The notes: generated by a model from the letters alone, not told the origin. DNA of 37,431 nucleotides from Planctomycetaceae bacterium (GCA_046095145.1 JBJTIV010000118.1:1-37431); one strand, 5' to 3'. Positions 1 to 8,539 are shown, numbered from the stretch's first letter. Translations and numbers: made by a program.

Positions 1-2
1 CC

Positions 3-293
3 CGCGAGCAGAAGATCACCGACACGATCGCCGCCACCAACGCCGCCCACGAGGAGGCCCGCCGGCAGCTCGCCTCCTACGAGCGGCGGCTGGCCGAGGC
101 CGCCGACGAGGTCCGCGGCATGCTCGAGGAGGCCCGCCGCGACTCCGAGTCCACGCGGCAGGCCATCATCGCCGAGGCCCGCAAGGCCGCCGACGAGGAG
201 CAGGCCCGGGCCAAGCGGGAGATCGGCCTGGCGAAGGACGACGCGCTCTCGCAGATCGCCGAGAAGGCCGGAGCCCTGGCCGTCGAGGTCGCT
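3..293 (+). pseudogene. atpF: ATP synthase F0 subunit b (AtpF) coiled-coil segment, encoded on the strand opposite to atpB-atpE; cut by the window edge at its 5' side
   Basis: The frame-3 translation REQKITDTIAATNAAHEEARRQLASYERRLAEAADEVRGMLEEARRDSESTRQAIIAEARKAADEEQARAKREIGLAKDDALSQIAEKAGALAVEVAA is the Ala/Glu/Arg-rich helix typical of b subunits. Third-codon-position G/C is nearly 100% up to about 290. It then drops (gct, gaa, gct, gaa, cgt, cat, gat, cga, gca ...), although the ORF stays formally open to 668. Confidence 0.7.
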
Positions 294-488
294 GCGGAAC
301 TCGGCCGGGCTCTCGAACTCGGCCTGCGTCATGCCGGCCGGGGCGCCGTGGCCGATGGCCACGTGGGCGTGGTCGCCACCGTGGTCGGCCTCGGCCGGGC
401 CCGAGGCGGCCGCGGCACCGCAGGCCGCGAACAGGACGCCGGCGACGAGCAGCCGGACGCAGGGTCGGCAGGAGTGGGACGAGGACAT
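291..488 (-). pseudogene. atpF: AtpF N-terminal fragment (signal-anchor-like start plus His-rich stretch), not followed by the expected membrane helix
   Basis: The ATG at 488 has GGAG about 12-15 nt upstream and lies 150 nt downstream of atpE, which is the slot expected for atpF. The translation MSSSHSCRPCVRLLVAGVLFAACGAAAASGPAEADHGGDHAHVAIGHGAPAGMTQAEFESPAEFRS(DL) has high GC3. Below about 290 the same minus-strand frame turns into antisense-type text (DGQGSGLLGDLRERVVLRQADLPLGPG...). Confidence 0.6.
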
Positions 489-637
489 CACGGCACGAGC
501 TCCGCTGGCGGGTGGCATCGATCTCCCGTCACCCCGGACGGGCGGCCCGCCGCGGGCAGGATGTCCTGCGCCGAGGCGGCCGCGCCCTCCGGACGACGGC
601 GTTCAGGTCAGACGTTCGGGCCTGTTCGGCTCCGCAC

Positions 638-946
638 TCACTTGGGGGTGCAGAGGAACAGCGCGTAGAACGTGAAGCCTTCGATCAGGGCCGCGGCGAT
701 GATCATCGCCGTCTGGATGCTGCCTGCGACCTCGGGCTGGCGGGCCATGCTCTCGTAGGCGCTGGCGGCCAGCTTGCCGATGCCGAAGGCCGCGCCGATC
801 ACGGCCAGGCCGATCCCGATGTAGGGCGTGAGGTCGATGAGCGGGGTGACGCCGTCGGCCGCGCTGGCGACGTCCGCACAGGCGAACATGGCGGCGAAGG
901 CGACGAGGACGGAGAGCGTACGGGCGACGTGAAGCGATCGAATCAT
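638..946 (-). CDS. atpE: ATP synthase F0 subunit c, with an N-terminal signal-like extension of about 30 aa
   Basis: This is the C-terminal 102 aa of the 638..1966 ORF, starting at ATG 946. It forms a two-helix hairpin with the Gly-rich IGIGLAVIGAAFGIG, the loop ARQPE, and the ion-binding Glu in AAALIEGFTFYAL. It sits directly downstream of atpB. Confidence 0.95.
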   Translation of the reverse strand: MIRSLHVARTLSVLVAFAAMFACADVASAADGVTPLIDLTPYIGIGLAVIGAAFGIGKLAASAYESMARQPEVAGSIQTAMIIAAALIEGFTFYALFLCTPK

Positions 947-1020
947 GACGGGATCAAACTCCTGGGGATGACGGGAAACGGGTGTGAATCGGAACCGTGG
1001 ATGCCGGTGCGGCGACAAGC

Positions 1021-2031
1021 CTAATGTTGGTGCACGGCCGCGCCAATGAAGAGGGCCGAAAGAAAGGTGAAAATGTAGGCCTGCAGGAAGGCGACGAAGA
1101 GCTCCAGCAGGCTGAACAGGGTGCAGCTCACGACGCTGATCCCGGTGACGGTGGCCCACATCCCCGTGGAATAGGCCGCGGCGGCCGAGATCAGGCCCAT
1201 GATCCCCAGCAGCACCAGATGGCCCGCCACCATGTTGGCGAGCAGTCGCACGGCCAGGATCAGGTGCTTGATGCACAGCCCGAGCATCTCGATCGCGAAG
1301 ATCATCGGCTTGAGCACGATCGCCAGCGGCAGCGGCAGGTCCATCGACGGCACCTGGTTGGTGAAGAAGCCGAGGACGCCGAACTTCAACATGCCGGCCA
1401 CGATCACGGTCAGGAACGTGACGGCCGCCAGCGACAAGGTCACCGAGAACGACGCCGTGGGCGAGCCGGCCCAGGGCACCATGCCGAGCAGGTTGCAGCC
1501 GAGCACGAAGAAGAAGAGCGTGAGCAGGAGCGGCACGAACCGGTCGCCGTCGTGGGCCGGGACGGCATGGGCCACGGCGTGGCCGTGCTCCTCGTGGCCG
1601 TGGTCGTCGTCGTGGTGGTCGTGGCTGTCGATGGCCGGCCGGGCGATCTGGTCGCGCACGAACACCACCACCGACTCGAGCATGTTGGTGAGCCGGCCCC
1701 GCGGCGGATCGCCGCCGCGCACCCGCGCCGCCAGCCGCGTGAACAGCAGCACCATCACCGTCGCGACGACCAGCTCCAGGATCATGTACTTCGAGATCCC
1801 GAAGCCCGACTTCATCGCGTACAGGCTGTGCAGCTCGCCGAACGGCTGCGGGATCAGCACCTTGCCGTCCATGGCCTCCTTGAAGACCGCCGGATCGGTG
1901 ACCTCCGGATGGCCGTCGCGCAGGAACCGCGGCACGTCGTCGAGCGACCGCCAGTCGTAGCGCCACAGCGCCTTCGGCACCTCGAAGAAGTAGCAGTCCT
2001 TGAGGTGGTAGATGGGATTGTGGGCGGCCAT
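1021..2031 (-). CDS. atpB: ATP synthase F0 subunit a
   Basis: The conserved C-terminal helices include LAVRLLANMVAGH (essential Arg) and FLQAYIFTFLSALFIG. ATG 2031 (MAAHNPIYHLKD) is preceded by AGGAA. The track start at 2097 is a TTG that abuts the atpI stop, so I disfavour it. Confidence 0.93.
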   Translation of the reverse strand: MAAHNPIYHLKDCYFFEVPKALWRYDWRSLDDVPRFLRDGHPEVTDPAVFKEAMDGKVLIPQPFGELHSLYAMKSGFGISKYMILELVVATVMVLLFTRLAARVRGGDPPRGRLTNMLESVVVFVRDQIARPAIDSHDHHDDDHGHEEHGHAVAHAVPAHDGDRFVPLLLTLFFFVLGCNLLGMVPWAGSPTASFSVTLSLAAVTFLTVIVAGMLKFGVLGFFTNQVPSMDLPLPLAIVLKPMIFAIEMLGLCIKHLILAVRLLANMVAGHLVLLGIMGLISAAAAYSTGMWATVTGISVVSCTLFSLLELFVAFLQAYIFTFLSALFIGAAVHQH

Positions 2032-2093
2032 CTGGATTCCTGTCGGTCGGCTGCGGAAGGGGCGGGTAGTGTGCGGGACGGTCGGCGCGGCGG

Positions 2094-2528
2094 TCAACGA
2101 GGCGGCCGCGATCGCGGCGTGGACGACCCCGGGTCCATCATGATGTGCAGCAAAATCGCCGTGGCAAGCAACGCCAGGTAAAAGGCCACCAGCAGGCCGC
2201 CGGCGCCCGCCTCGCGGAGGGAGCGGCCCTGCGCCGCGAGCCAGACCAGCGCGGCGAGGCCCGGCACCACCCGCAGCACCGTCGCCCCGAGCGCCGAGCC
2301 GCCGCGCCGCGCCGGGTCCACGGTCGCGCGGCGGGCGACGATCCAGCCGCCGATGCCGCCTGCGCCCGCGACCAGCGCCGCGAAGGCCACGGCCCGTCCC
2401 CAGAGCGGCCGGCCGGTCCCCGCCGCCAGGGCCACGGCCACCGCGCCGCCGAGCACGCCGGCGAGCACGATCGTGCCGAGGACGGTGTCGCGCGCGGCCC
2501 GGGCGTGCGGTGCCGGGGGCGTGCTCAC
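2094..2528 (-). CDS. atpI: ATP synthase protein I-like small membrane protein
   Basis: The 144-aa protein has about four hydrophobic segments and lies immediately upstream of atpB. Its GTG start overlaps the stop of the preceding gene (GTGA), which suggests translational coupling. The call rests on position and hydropathy only. Confidence 0.6.
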   Translation of the reverse strand: MSTPPAPHARAARDTVLGTIVLAGVLGGAVAVALAAGTGRPLWGRAVAFAALVAGAGGIGGWIVARRATVDPARRGGSALGATVLRVVPGLAALVWLAAQGRSLREAGAGGLLVAFYLALLATAILLHIMMDPGSSTPRSRPPR

Positions 2529-2743
2529 GGTGCGCGCCTCCCGCGGCTCAGGCTGACGAGCCAGGCGAGGGCCGTCGTGAACCCGATCACGAAGCCGACC
2601 GGGCCGAGCACCCTGGTGCCCAACCGCTCGTCGAGCCAGCCGCCCGCCACGCCGGGCAGGAACATCGTGAGGCCGATGGCCATGATCCGCGAGGCCCAGG
2701 CCATGGCCTCACCGATCGGCGATTCGGATGGAGTGCGGGGCAT
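2525..2743 (-). CDS. AtpZ/ATPase_gene1-family small membrane protein, first gene of the atp operon
   Basis: The 72-aa protein has two TM segments. IGLTMFLPGVAGGWLDERLGTRVLGPVGFVIGF matches the G..G.wLD..lgT signature of the AtpZ family, and the gene sits at the head of the atp cluster. Confidence 0.6.
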   Translation of the reverse strand: MPRTPSESPIGEAMAWASRIMAIGLTMFLPGVAGGWLDERLGTRVLGPVGFVIGFTTALAWLVSLSRGRRAP

Positions 2744-2749
2744 GGTGCT

Positions 2750-2755
2750 AGGATA
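2750..2755 (-). promoter_or_regulatory. -10-like hexamer TATCCT, 6 nt upstream of the atpZ ATG (candidate leaderless promoter); reads TAGGAT on the plus strand towards corA
   Basis: It is a rare AT-rich hexamer in a GC-rich context. The spacing to ATG 2743 fits a transcription start at or next to the start codon. I found no clear -35 element. Confidence 0.3.
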
Positions 2756-2786
2756 CCGCACCGACATTCCACCGGGGTCGCTCGCC

Positions 2787-3878
2787 GTGTCGCAGCGCAA
2801 ACGCCGCCGCCGCCGCCCGCGCGACCGCGATCTCGCCGGCTCGATCGCCGCGGCGACGAAGCCCTCCGGCCCGCCGGCCACCCTGCGGCTGGTCGCCTGC
2901 GAGGGGCAGGCCACGCACGAGTCGGTGGTGCAGCGGCCGGAGGACCTTGCCGCGGTGCGGGAGAAGTGGCCCGTCATCTGGCTCGACGTCGAGGGGCTCG
3001 ACGATCTGGCCACGATCCGCTCCATCGGCCAGACCTTCGGGATCGGCGACCTGGCCCTCGAGGATGCGATCACCCCCGACGAGCGGCCCAAGGTGGAGGT
3101 CTTCGGCCACCAGCTGCTGATCGCCGTGCGGATGGCCCGCTACGACGGCGAGACGCTCGTGACCGACCCGATGGCGATCTTCCTCGGCGACCGCTCGGTG
3201 ATCACGTTCCACGACCGCTCGAGCCACGACGGCTTCGAGGGGGTCCGGCAGCGGATCCGCCAGCATCGCACCCGGATCGGCGAACTCGGGGCGGACCACC
3301 TCTGTGCCCTGCTCCTCGACGCGGTGATCGACGGGTATTTCCCGGTGCTCGAGCGGTTCGGCGACCGGCTGGAGGACCTCGAGGAGGAGGCCCTGGAAAC
3401 GCCCAGCCGCCGCACGCTGGCCCGGATCCACGACGTCCGCAACGACCTCATGACGCTCCGGCGGGCCCTCTGGCCCACCCGCGACGTGCTCCACGCACTG
3501 GGCCGGGAGTCGACCGCCTTCGTGGGCGACCATGCCCGCCAGCACTTCCGCGACTCCTACGACCACACGATGGAACTGCTCGACCTCATGGAGGGCTACC
3601 GCGAGATCGGCAGCGACCTTCGCGACATCTACCTGGCGAGCATCAACAACCGGATGAACGACGTGATGAAGGTGCTCACGGTGATCGCGACCGTGTTCAT
3701 GCCGCTGACGTTCATCACCGGCTACTACGGCATGAACTTCCACACCGATTCGCCCTGGAACATGCCGCTGTTGCGCTTCCGCTACGGGTCGCTGGTGGCG
3801 GCGGGGATCATGGTGGCGACCACGCTGGGCATGGTGTATTTCTTCTGGCGCCGCGGCTGGCTGAAGCGTTGGCACTGA
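2787..3878 (+). CDS. corA: CorA-family magnesium/cobalt transporter
   Basis: The gene shows VFMPLTFITGYYGMNF (GMN motif), two C-terminal TM helices, and an N-terminal cytoplasmic domain collinear with CorA. The start is uncertain. I prefer GTG 2787, which lies 35 nt after TAGGAT. ATG 2742 would overlap the divergent atpZ ATG within CATG. Confidence 0.88.
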   Translation: MSQRKRRRRRPRDRDLAGSIAAATKPSGPPATLRLVACEGQATHESVVQRPEDLAAVREKWPVIWLDVEGLDDLATIRSIGQTFGIGDLALEDAITPDERPKVEVFGHQLLIAVRMARYDGETLVTDPMAIFLGDRSVITFHDRSSHDGFEGVRQRIRQHRTRIGELGADHLCALLLDAVIDGYFPVLERFGDRLEDLEEEALETPSRRTLARIHDVRNDLMTLRRALWPTRDVLHALGRESTAFVGDHARQHFRDSYDHTMELLDLMEGYREIGSDLRDIYLASINNRMNDVMKVLTVIATVFMPLTFITGYYGMNFHTDSPWNMPLLRFRYGSLVAAGIMVATTLGMVYFFWRRGWLKRWH

Positions 3879-3991
3879 CTGTACGGCGGGCTCGGGCATC
3901 CTGCCCTCCCCGCCTGAGGAGCGGCCTCCAGCGAAGCCGAGGTTCGCTTCGGCCGCGGGCGGCCATCGTGGCCGCCACGCACAGCGGGCTC

Positions 3992-4125
3992 GGGGCTGCC
4001 CACGCCCTCTCGCCGGACGTTCGCTGCGGGCATCCATGCCCTTCGCTCACTCGGAGGTGTCTGCGCTCTCGCCCTCCGGGCTCCGCTGGCCACCTACGCC
4101 GGCTCTCAGGGCAATGGGCAACCCC
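3992..4125. repeat. Copy A of a ~130-nt structured palindromic intergenic repeat
   Basis: The termini GGGGCTGCCCA and TGGGCAACCCC are inverted. The element aligns end to end with 8407..8539 and 21701..21830. It contains internal hairpins at 4028..4041 and 4071..4081. It lies between the convergent 3' ends of corA and the ROK kinase. Confidence 0.85.
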
Positions 4126-4165
4126 GCACCTCCCGCAGACGCACAATGCGCTCGCGCGAGCCGCG

Positions 4166-5194
4166 TCACAGGCCGCGTTCGCGGACGAGGCGGGCCGCGT
4201 CGAGGGCGGCGCCGCGGGCGCCGGCGCTGTCGCCGGCCGGCATCACGTGGATCGGCAGCGCGGCCTGCTCCTCGCGCTGCGTCGGCATGAAGGCCCGCAC
4301 CTCGGCGAGAAACCAGTCGCGGAAGGCCCCCGAGGCCTCCATGAGGCCGCCCCCCACCAGGAGCGCGTCGGGATCGAACACGTTCACCATCTCGTCGAAG
4401 AAGAGCCCCAGGGCCTGCGCCTGCACCCGGAAGATCTCGCGGCACATGGCATCGCCGCGGTCGGCGAGGCCGCGGACCCGCTTGGCCGCCTCGCCCACGT
4501 CGGCCTCGGCGGCGAGCGGATGGCCCGGGTGCCGGGCCAGGAAGTGCGGGAGGAGCGACTGGCGGATGGCCGTCAGCGAGCACAGCGACTCGAGGTCGCC
4601 CACGCGGCCGCAGTTGCACCGCGGCACGAGCCCCTCGATGCCGGGAATGGCGGCGTGGGGGATGAGCACGTGGCCGAGTTCGCCGCCGAAGCCGTTGCGG
4701 CCGGTCACGACGCGGCCGCCGCTCACGACGCCGCCGCCCAGGCCGGTGCCGATGATCGCCGCCACGCTCGTGGCGTCGTTCTCCGAGCCGAAGATCGAGA
4801 CGTGGCCCCACAGCGCGGCGGCGTTGCCGTCGTTGAGGTAGGTGACCGGCATGCCGAGCCGGCTCTCGAGCGCCCCGCGGACGTCGAAGCCGGCCCACCC
4901 CGGGTGGACGAAGTTCGTGGCACCCCGCCGGCTGAGCCCGCCGGCCGCGCTCGCCGGGCCCGGCGTGTCGCGTCCGGCGGCCACGACCTTCGCCAGCGGC
5001 ACGTGGGCCTGCGTGGCGGCCAGTGCCAGTCCCGCCTCGATCTGGCCGAGGCAGGCCTCGGGCCCGTCGACGCTCCTGGCCGGATGCTCGCACAGCCCCT
5101 CGATGAGGAACTGCCCGCGCTCGTCGAGGAAGGTGTAGTTGATCGCCGTGCCGCCGAGGTCGATGCCGGCGACGAACCTGTCAGCGGGTGACAT
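4166..5194 (-). CDS. ROK-family sugar kinase (glucokinase-like)
   Basis: The N-terminal IDLGGT ATP-binding motif, GTGLGGG, the GELGH...CNCG zinc motif and an ROK-typical length of 342 aa support the call. GGGAG lies upstream of the ATG. Confidence 0.88.
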   Translation of the reverse strand: MSPADRFVAGIDLGGTAINYTFLDERGQFLIEGLCEHPARSVDGPEACLGQIEAGLALAATQAHVPLAKVVAAGRDTPGPASAAGGLSRRGATNFVHPGWAGFDVRGALESRLGMPVTYLNDGNAAALWGHVSIFGSENDATSVAAIIGTGLGGGVVSGGRVVTGRNGFGGELGHVLIPHAAIPGIEGLVPRCNCGRVGDLESLCSLTAIRQSLLPHFLARHPGHPLAAEADVGEAAKRVRGLADRGDAMCREIFRVQAQALGLFFDEMVNVFDPDALLVGGGLMEASGAFRDWFLAEVRAFMPTQREEQAALPIHVMPAGDSAGARGAALDAARLVRERGL

Positions 5195-5222
5195 GGGGAC
5201 ACTCCCTGCGCCGAGGCGCGAA

Positions 5223-5657
5223 TCACACGGCCGCTTGCTCGGCGAAGCCGCGCTTCACCCGGGCGACCATCGCCCGCAGGCCCCGCGAACGCAGGATCCC
5301 CAGCACGTCCGCGAGCCCCATCCGTTCGAGGATGTCGTCGGGGAGCGCCGCCGCCTCGGCCACGGGCCGGCCCGCGACCGCCGCGGCCAGGATGGCCACG
5401 AATCCCTTGACGGTCGGCGCCTCCGGCGCGACCTCGGCCACGAGCCGCGCGCGGCCCGCATCGGACTCCGTCCACAGGAAGACGGGCGTCTGGCACTCGT
5501 GCACCCGCCGGTCCTCCGTCGCCTTCCGCGCCACGTACTCCGCCGACAGCGGCGGCAGGCCCTTGGCATAGTCGACGAGCAATTCGAGTTTCTCCCGGGC
5601 GTCGAGATCGGCGAATTCGCCCACGATCGCGTCGAGCGTGGCGGTCGCGTCGGCCAT
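5223..5657 (-). CDS. sufE: SufE/CsdE-family sulfur acceptor protein
   Basis: The 144-aa protein has KLELLVDYAK...VHECQTPVFLW with the conserved acceptor Cys context of the SufE family. It starts 5 nt after the rhodanese stop. Confidence 0.85.
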   Translation of the reverse strand: MADATATLDAIVGEFADLDAREKLELLVDYAKGLPPLSAEYVARKATEDRRVHECQTPVFLWTESDAGRARLVAEVAPEAPTVKGFVAILAAAVAGRPVAEAAALPDDILERMGLADVLGILRSRGLRAMVARVKRGFAEQAAV

Positions 5658-5661
5658 GCGC

Positions 5662-6561
5662 TCAGGCGTGGACCGCGGACGACGACGGCGGCGCGGCGGC
5701 CGGGCCGCCCGGCGCGGCCCCCTTCGCGATCGGCACGCGGACGCAGTTGCCCCACTCCAGCCAGGAGCCGTCGTAGTTCTTCACGCTGGCGAAGCCGAGC
5801 AGGTAGGTGAGCACGAACCACGTCAGGCTCGAGCGCTCGCCGATCCGGCAGTAGGCGATCGTGGGCGAGCGGCGCTTGAGCCGCAGTTCCTTGATGTAGA
5901 GCTTCTCGAGCTCCTTGACGGGCTTGAAGGTGCCGTCGTCGTTGCAGTTGAGCGGCCAGGGCACGTTGTGGGCCCCCGGGACGTGGCCGCCGCGGATGGC
6001 GCCCTCGTTCGGGTAGTCGGGCATGTGCATCCGCTCGCCGCGGTACTCCTCGGGGCTCCGCACGTCGAGCAGCGGCTTGCCCGCCCGGCAGTGCTTGAGC
6101 ACCTCGTCGCGGAGGGCGCGGATCGAGCCGTCCTGCTCCGGGGCGGTGTAGGCCGTCGGCGGGTAGTCGACCCGCTCGCTCGACCAGGGCCGGCCGTCGA
6201 GCTCCCAACGCTTCCGGCCGCCGTTCATGATCCGGCAGTCCTTGTGGCCGTAGAGCTTGAACACCCAGAAGGCGTAGCAGGCCCACCAGTTGTTCTTGTC
6301 GCCGTAGAAGACCACCGTCGTGTCGTTGGCGATGCCCTTCGCCGCACAGAGCCGCTCGAACGCGGCCCGGTCGATGTAGTCGCGACAGGTGGCGTCCTGC
6401 AGGTCGACCGCCCAGTCGATCTCCACCGCTCCGGGCACGTGACCCAGGGTGTAGAGGGCGCGATCCTCGTCGGATTCGACGATCCGCACCTGGGGATCGG
6501 TGAGGTGCGCGGCCACCCACTCGGTGGACACCAGCACCTCCGGATGGGCGTAGTCGGCCAT
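5662..6561 (-). CDS. Two-domain rhodanese (thiosulfate sulfurtransferase)
   Basis: The tandem rhodanese architecture, the active-site loop CRIGERSS and GHVPGA motifs support the call. ATG 6561 ([12 protein letters not shown]) is preceded by AGGAG...GGAG. The track start at 6594 is less likely. Confidence 0.88.
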   Translation of the reverse strand: MADYAHPEVLVSTEWVAAHLTDPQVRIVESDEDRALYTLGHVPGAVEIDWAVDLQDATCRDYIDRAAFERLCAAKGIANDTTVVFYGDKNNWWACYAFWVFKLYGHKDCRIMNGGRKRWELDGRPWSSERVDYPPTAYTAPEQDGSIRALRDEVLKHCRAGKPLLDVRSPEEYRGERMHMPDYPNEGAIRGGHVPGAHNVPWPLNCNDDGTFKPVKELEKLYIKELRLKRRSPTIAYCRIGERSSLTWFVLTYLLGFASVKNYDGSWLEWGNCVRVPIAKGAAPGGPAAAPPSSSAVHA

Positions 6562-6707
6562 GGCTCCAACTCCTGCGTGGCGTGCGGCCACCACGACCGT
6601 GGAATCCTAGGCACCTGCCCCCCACCCTGCAACGCTCGGCGGTGCGGCGCGGGCATTTTGCTACCATCGTCGCGACCGCCACGTTCCCCGGAGCCGACAC
6701 GCGAGCC

Positions 6708-8381
6708 ATGGGCGCAGCCTTCATCTTCCAGATCGCGAACCTGACGAAAAAGTTCGGCCAGCGCGAGCTGCTCAAGAACATCAACCTGGCCTTCTATCCC
6801 GGGGCCAAGATCGGCCTGCTCGGCCGCAACGGCGCCGGCAAGAGCACGCTCCTGAAGATCATGGCGGGCATCGACCGCGAGTACGACGGCGAGGCCCGGC
6901 TGGCCGACGGCTACACCGTGGGCTACCTCGAGCAGGAGCCGCGGCTCGATCCGGCGAAGACCGTGTTCGAGAACGTGATGGACGGCGTGGACCACGCCCG
7001 CGCGGTCCTGCGGCGCTATGAGGAGATCAACGCCCGGTTCGCCGAGCCCCTCGGCGAGGCGGAGATGGAGAAGCTGCTCGCCGAGCAGACGGCCGTGCAG
7101 GACGAGATCGACGCCAAGAACCTCTGGGACCTCGACCGCCAGGTGGAGATCGCGATGGATGCGATGAACCTCCCGCCGGGGGACTGGGGCGTGGCAAACC
7201 TCTCCGGCGGCGAGCGGCGGCGGGTGGCCCTGTGCCGGCTGCTGCTCGAGAAGCCCGACCTGCTGCTCCTCGACGAGCCCACGAACCACCTCGACGCCGA
7301 GAGCGTGAACTGGCTCGAGCGCCACCTCGCCGAGTACGCCGGCACGGTCGTGGCCGTCACGCACGACCGCTACTTCCTCGACAACGTGGCGAAGTGGATC
7401 CTCGAGGTGGACCACGGCCGCGGCATCCCCTTCGAGGGCAACTACTCGTCGTGGCTCGAGCAGAAGAAGAAGCGGCTCGAGCTCGAGGAGAAGCAGGCCA
7501 GCGCCCGCCAGAAGACGCTCGACAAGGAACTGGAGTGGGTGCGGATGTCGCCCAAGGCCCGGCAGGCCAAGAGCAAGGCCCGCATGGCGGCCTACGAGAA
7601 GCTCGCCGCGGAGCAGGCCGCCGTGCGGGACCAGGACATCGAGATCTTCATCCCCGCCAGCCGGCCGCTCGGCGACCAGGTGATCGAGGTCGAGAACATC
7701 TCCAAGGCCTTCGGCGACAAGCTGCTGTTCGAGAACCTCTCCTTCCGCCTGCCGCCCGGCGGCATCGTGGGCATCATCGGCCCCAACGGGGCGGGCAAGA
7801 CCACGCTGTTCCGCATGCTCGTGGGGGCCGAGAAGCCCGACTCGGGCACGATCCGCGTGGGGGCGACCGTCGACATCGGCTACGTCGACCAGAATCGCGA
7901 CGCCCTGCACGCGGACAAGACCGTCTTCGAGGAGATCTCCGCCGGCCACGACACGATCGAGCTCGGCAAGCGCACGGTCAACGCCCGCAGCTACGTCGCC
8001 AAGTTCAACTTCATGGGGCCCGACCAGCAGAAGAAGGTGGGCACGCTGTCCGGCGGCGAGCGGAACCGGGTGCATCTCGCGAAGCTGCTCCGCGGCGGCG
8101 CCAACCTCCTGCTCCTCGACGAGCCGACCAACGACCTCGACGTGGACACCCTGCGGTCGCTCGAGGAGGGCATCGCCCACTTCGCCGGCTCGGTCGTGGT
8201 GATCACGCACGACCGATGGTTTCTGGACCGGCTGGCCACGCACATCATCGCCTTCGAGGGGGACGGCTACGTGCACGTCTGCGAGGGCAACTTCGAGGTC
8301 TACGAGCGGAGCCGCAAGGAGCGGCTGGGCATGGCCGCCGACGAGCCGCACCGCTTTCGCTACAAGAAGCTCACTCACTAG
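6708..8381 (+). CDS. ettA: ABC-F translation factor EttA
   Basis: The 557-aa protein has two ABC cassettes (GRNGAGKST and GPNGAGKTT Walker [17 protein letters not shown] signatures). It is collinear with EttA from the start ([35 protein letters not shown]) to the end. Confidence 0.93.
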   Translation: MGAAFIFQIANLTKKFGQRELLKNINLAFYPGAKIGLLGRNGAGKSTLLKIMAGIDREYDGEARLADGYTVGYLEQEPRLDPAKTVFENVMDGVDHARAVLRRYEEINARFAEPLGEAEMEKLLAEQTAVQDEIDAKNLWDLDRQVEIAMDAMNLPPGDWGVANLSGGERRRVALCRLLLEKPDLLLLDEPTNHLDAESVNWLERHLAEYAGTVVAVTHDRYFLDNVAKWILEVDHGRGIPFEGNYSSWLEQKKKRLELEEKQASARQKTLDKELEWVRMSPKARQAKSKARMAAYEKLAAEQAAVRDQDIEIFIPASRPLGDQVIEVENISKAFGDKLLFENLSFRLPPGGIVGIIGPNGAGKTTLFRMLVGAEKPDSGTIRVGATVDIGYVDQNRDALHADKTVFEEISAGHDTIELGKRTVNARSYVAKFNFMGPDQQKKVGTLSGGERNRVHLAKLLRGGANLLLLDEPTNDLDVDTLRSLEEGIAHFAGSVVVITHDRWFLDRLATHIIAFEGDGYVHVCEGNFEVYERSRKERLGMAADEPHRFRYKKLTH

Positions 8382-8406
8382 CGTCACGACCGTAGCAAGG
8401 CCGTTC

Positions 8407-8539
8407 GGGGCCGCCCAGGCCCCGTCGCCGGACGTTCGCTGCGGTCCTCCGGACCTTCGCTCTCTCGGAGGCGTCTGCGCTTCGCCATCCCTGGCTCCGC
8501 TGGCCGCCTACGCCGGCTCTCAGGGCTATGGGCGACCCC
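8407..8539. repeat. Copy B of the ~130-nt structured palindromic repeat
   Basis: The termini are GGGGCCGCCCA and TGGGCGACCCC. Hairpins lie at 8443..8455 and 8484..8495. It has the same order and orientation as copies A and C and sits just after the ettA stop. Confidence 0.85.

Noticed and set aside
120-668. A plus-strand 182-aa ORF taken as one intact gene
   Set aside because: Only its first ~58 codons (up to about 293) look like protein (AtpF helix). After that GC3 drops, the text becomes antisense-like, and it would overlap atpE. I treated it as the tail of an inverted atpF fragment.
2742-2786. ATG 2742 as the corA start
   Set aside because: It overlaps the divergent atpZ ATG within CATG and leaves no promoter space. 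GTG 2787, downstream of a TAGGAT box, fits better. This is not settled, and either start gives a CorA of plausible length.
3992-4125. The repeat as a tRNA-like gene, IS element or CRISPR repeat
   Set aside because: It has no T-loop (GTTCRANYC) or anticodon-arm geometry. No transposase ORF lies inside or next to it. The copies are kilobases apart with no spacer array. I found no obvious target-site duplications, so I do not assert MITE status either.
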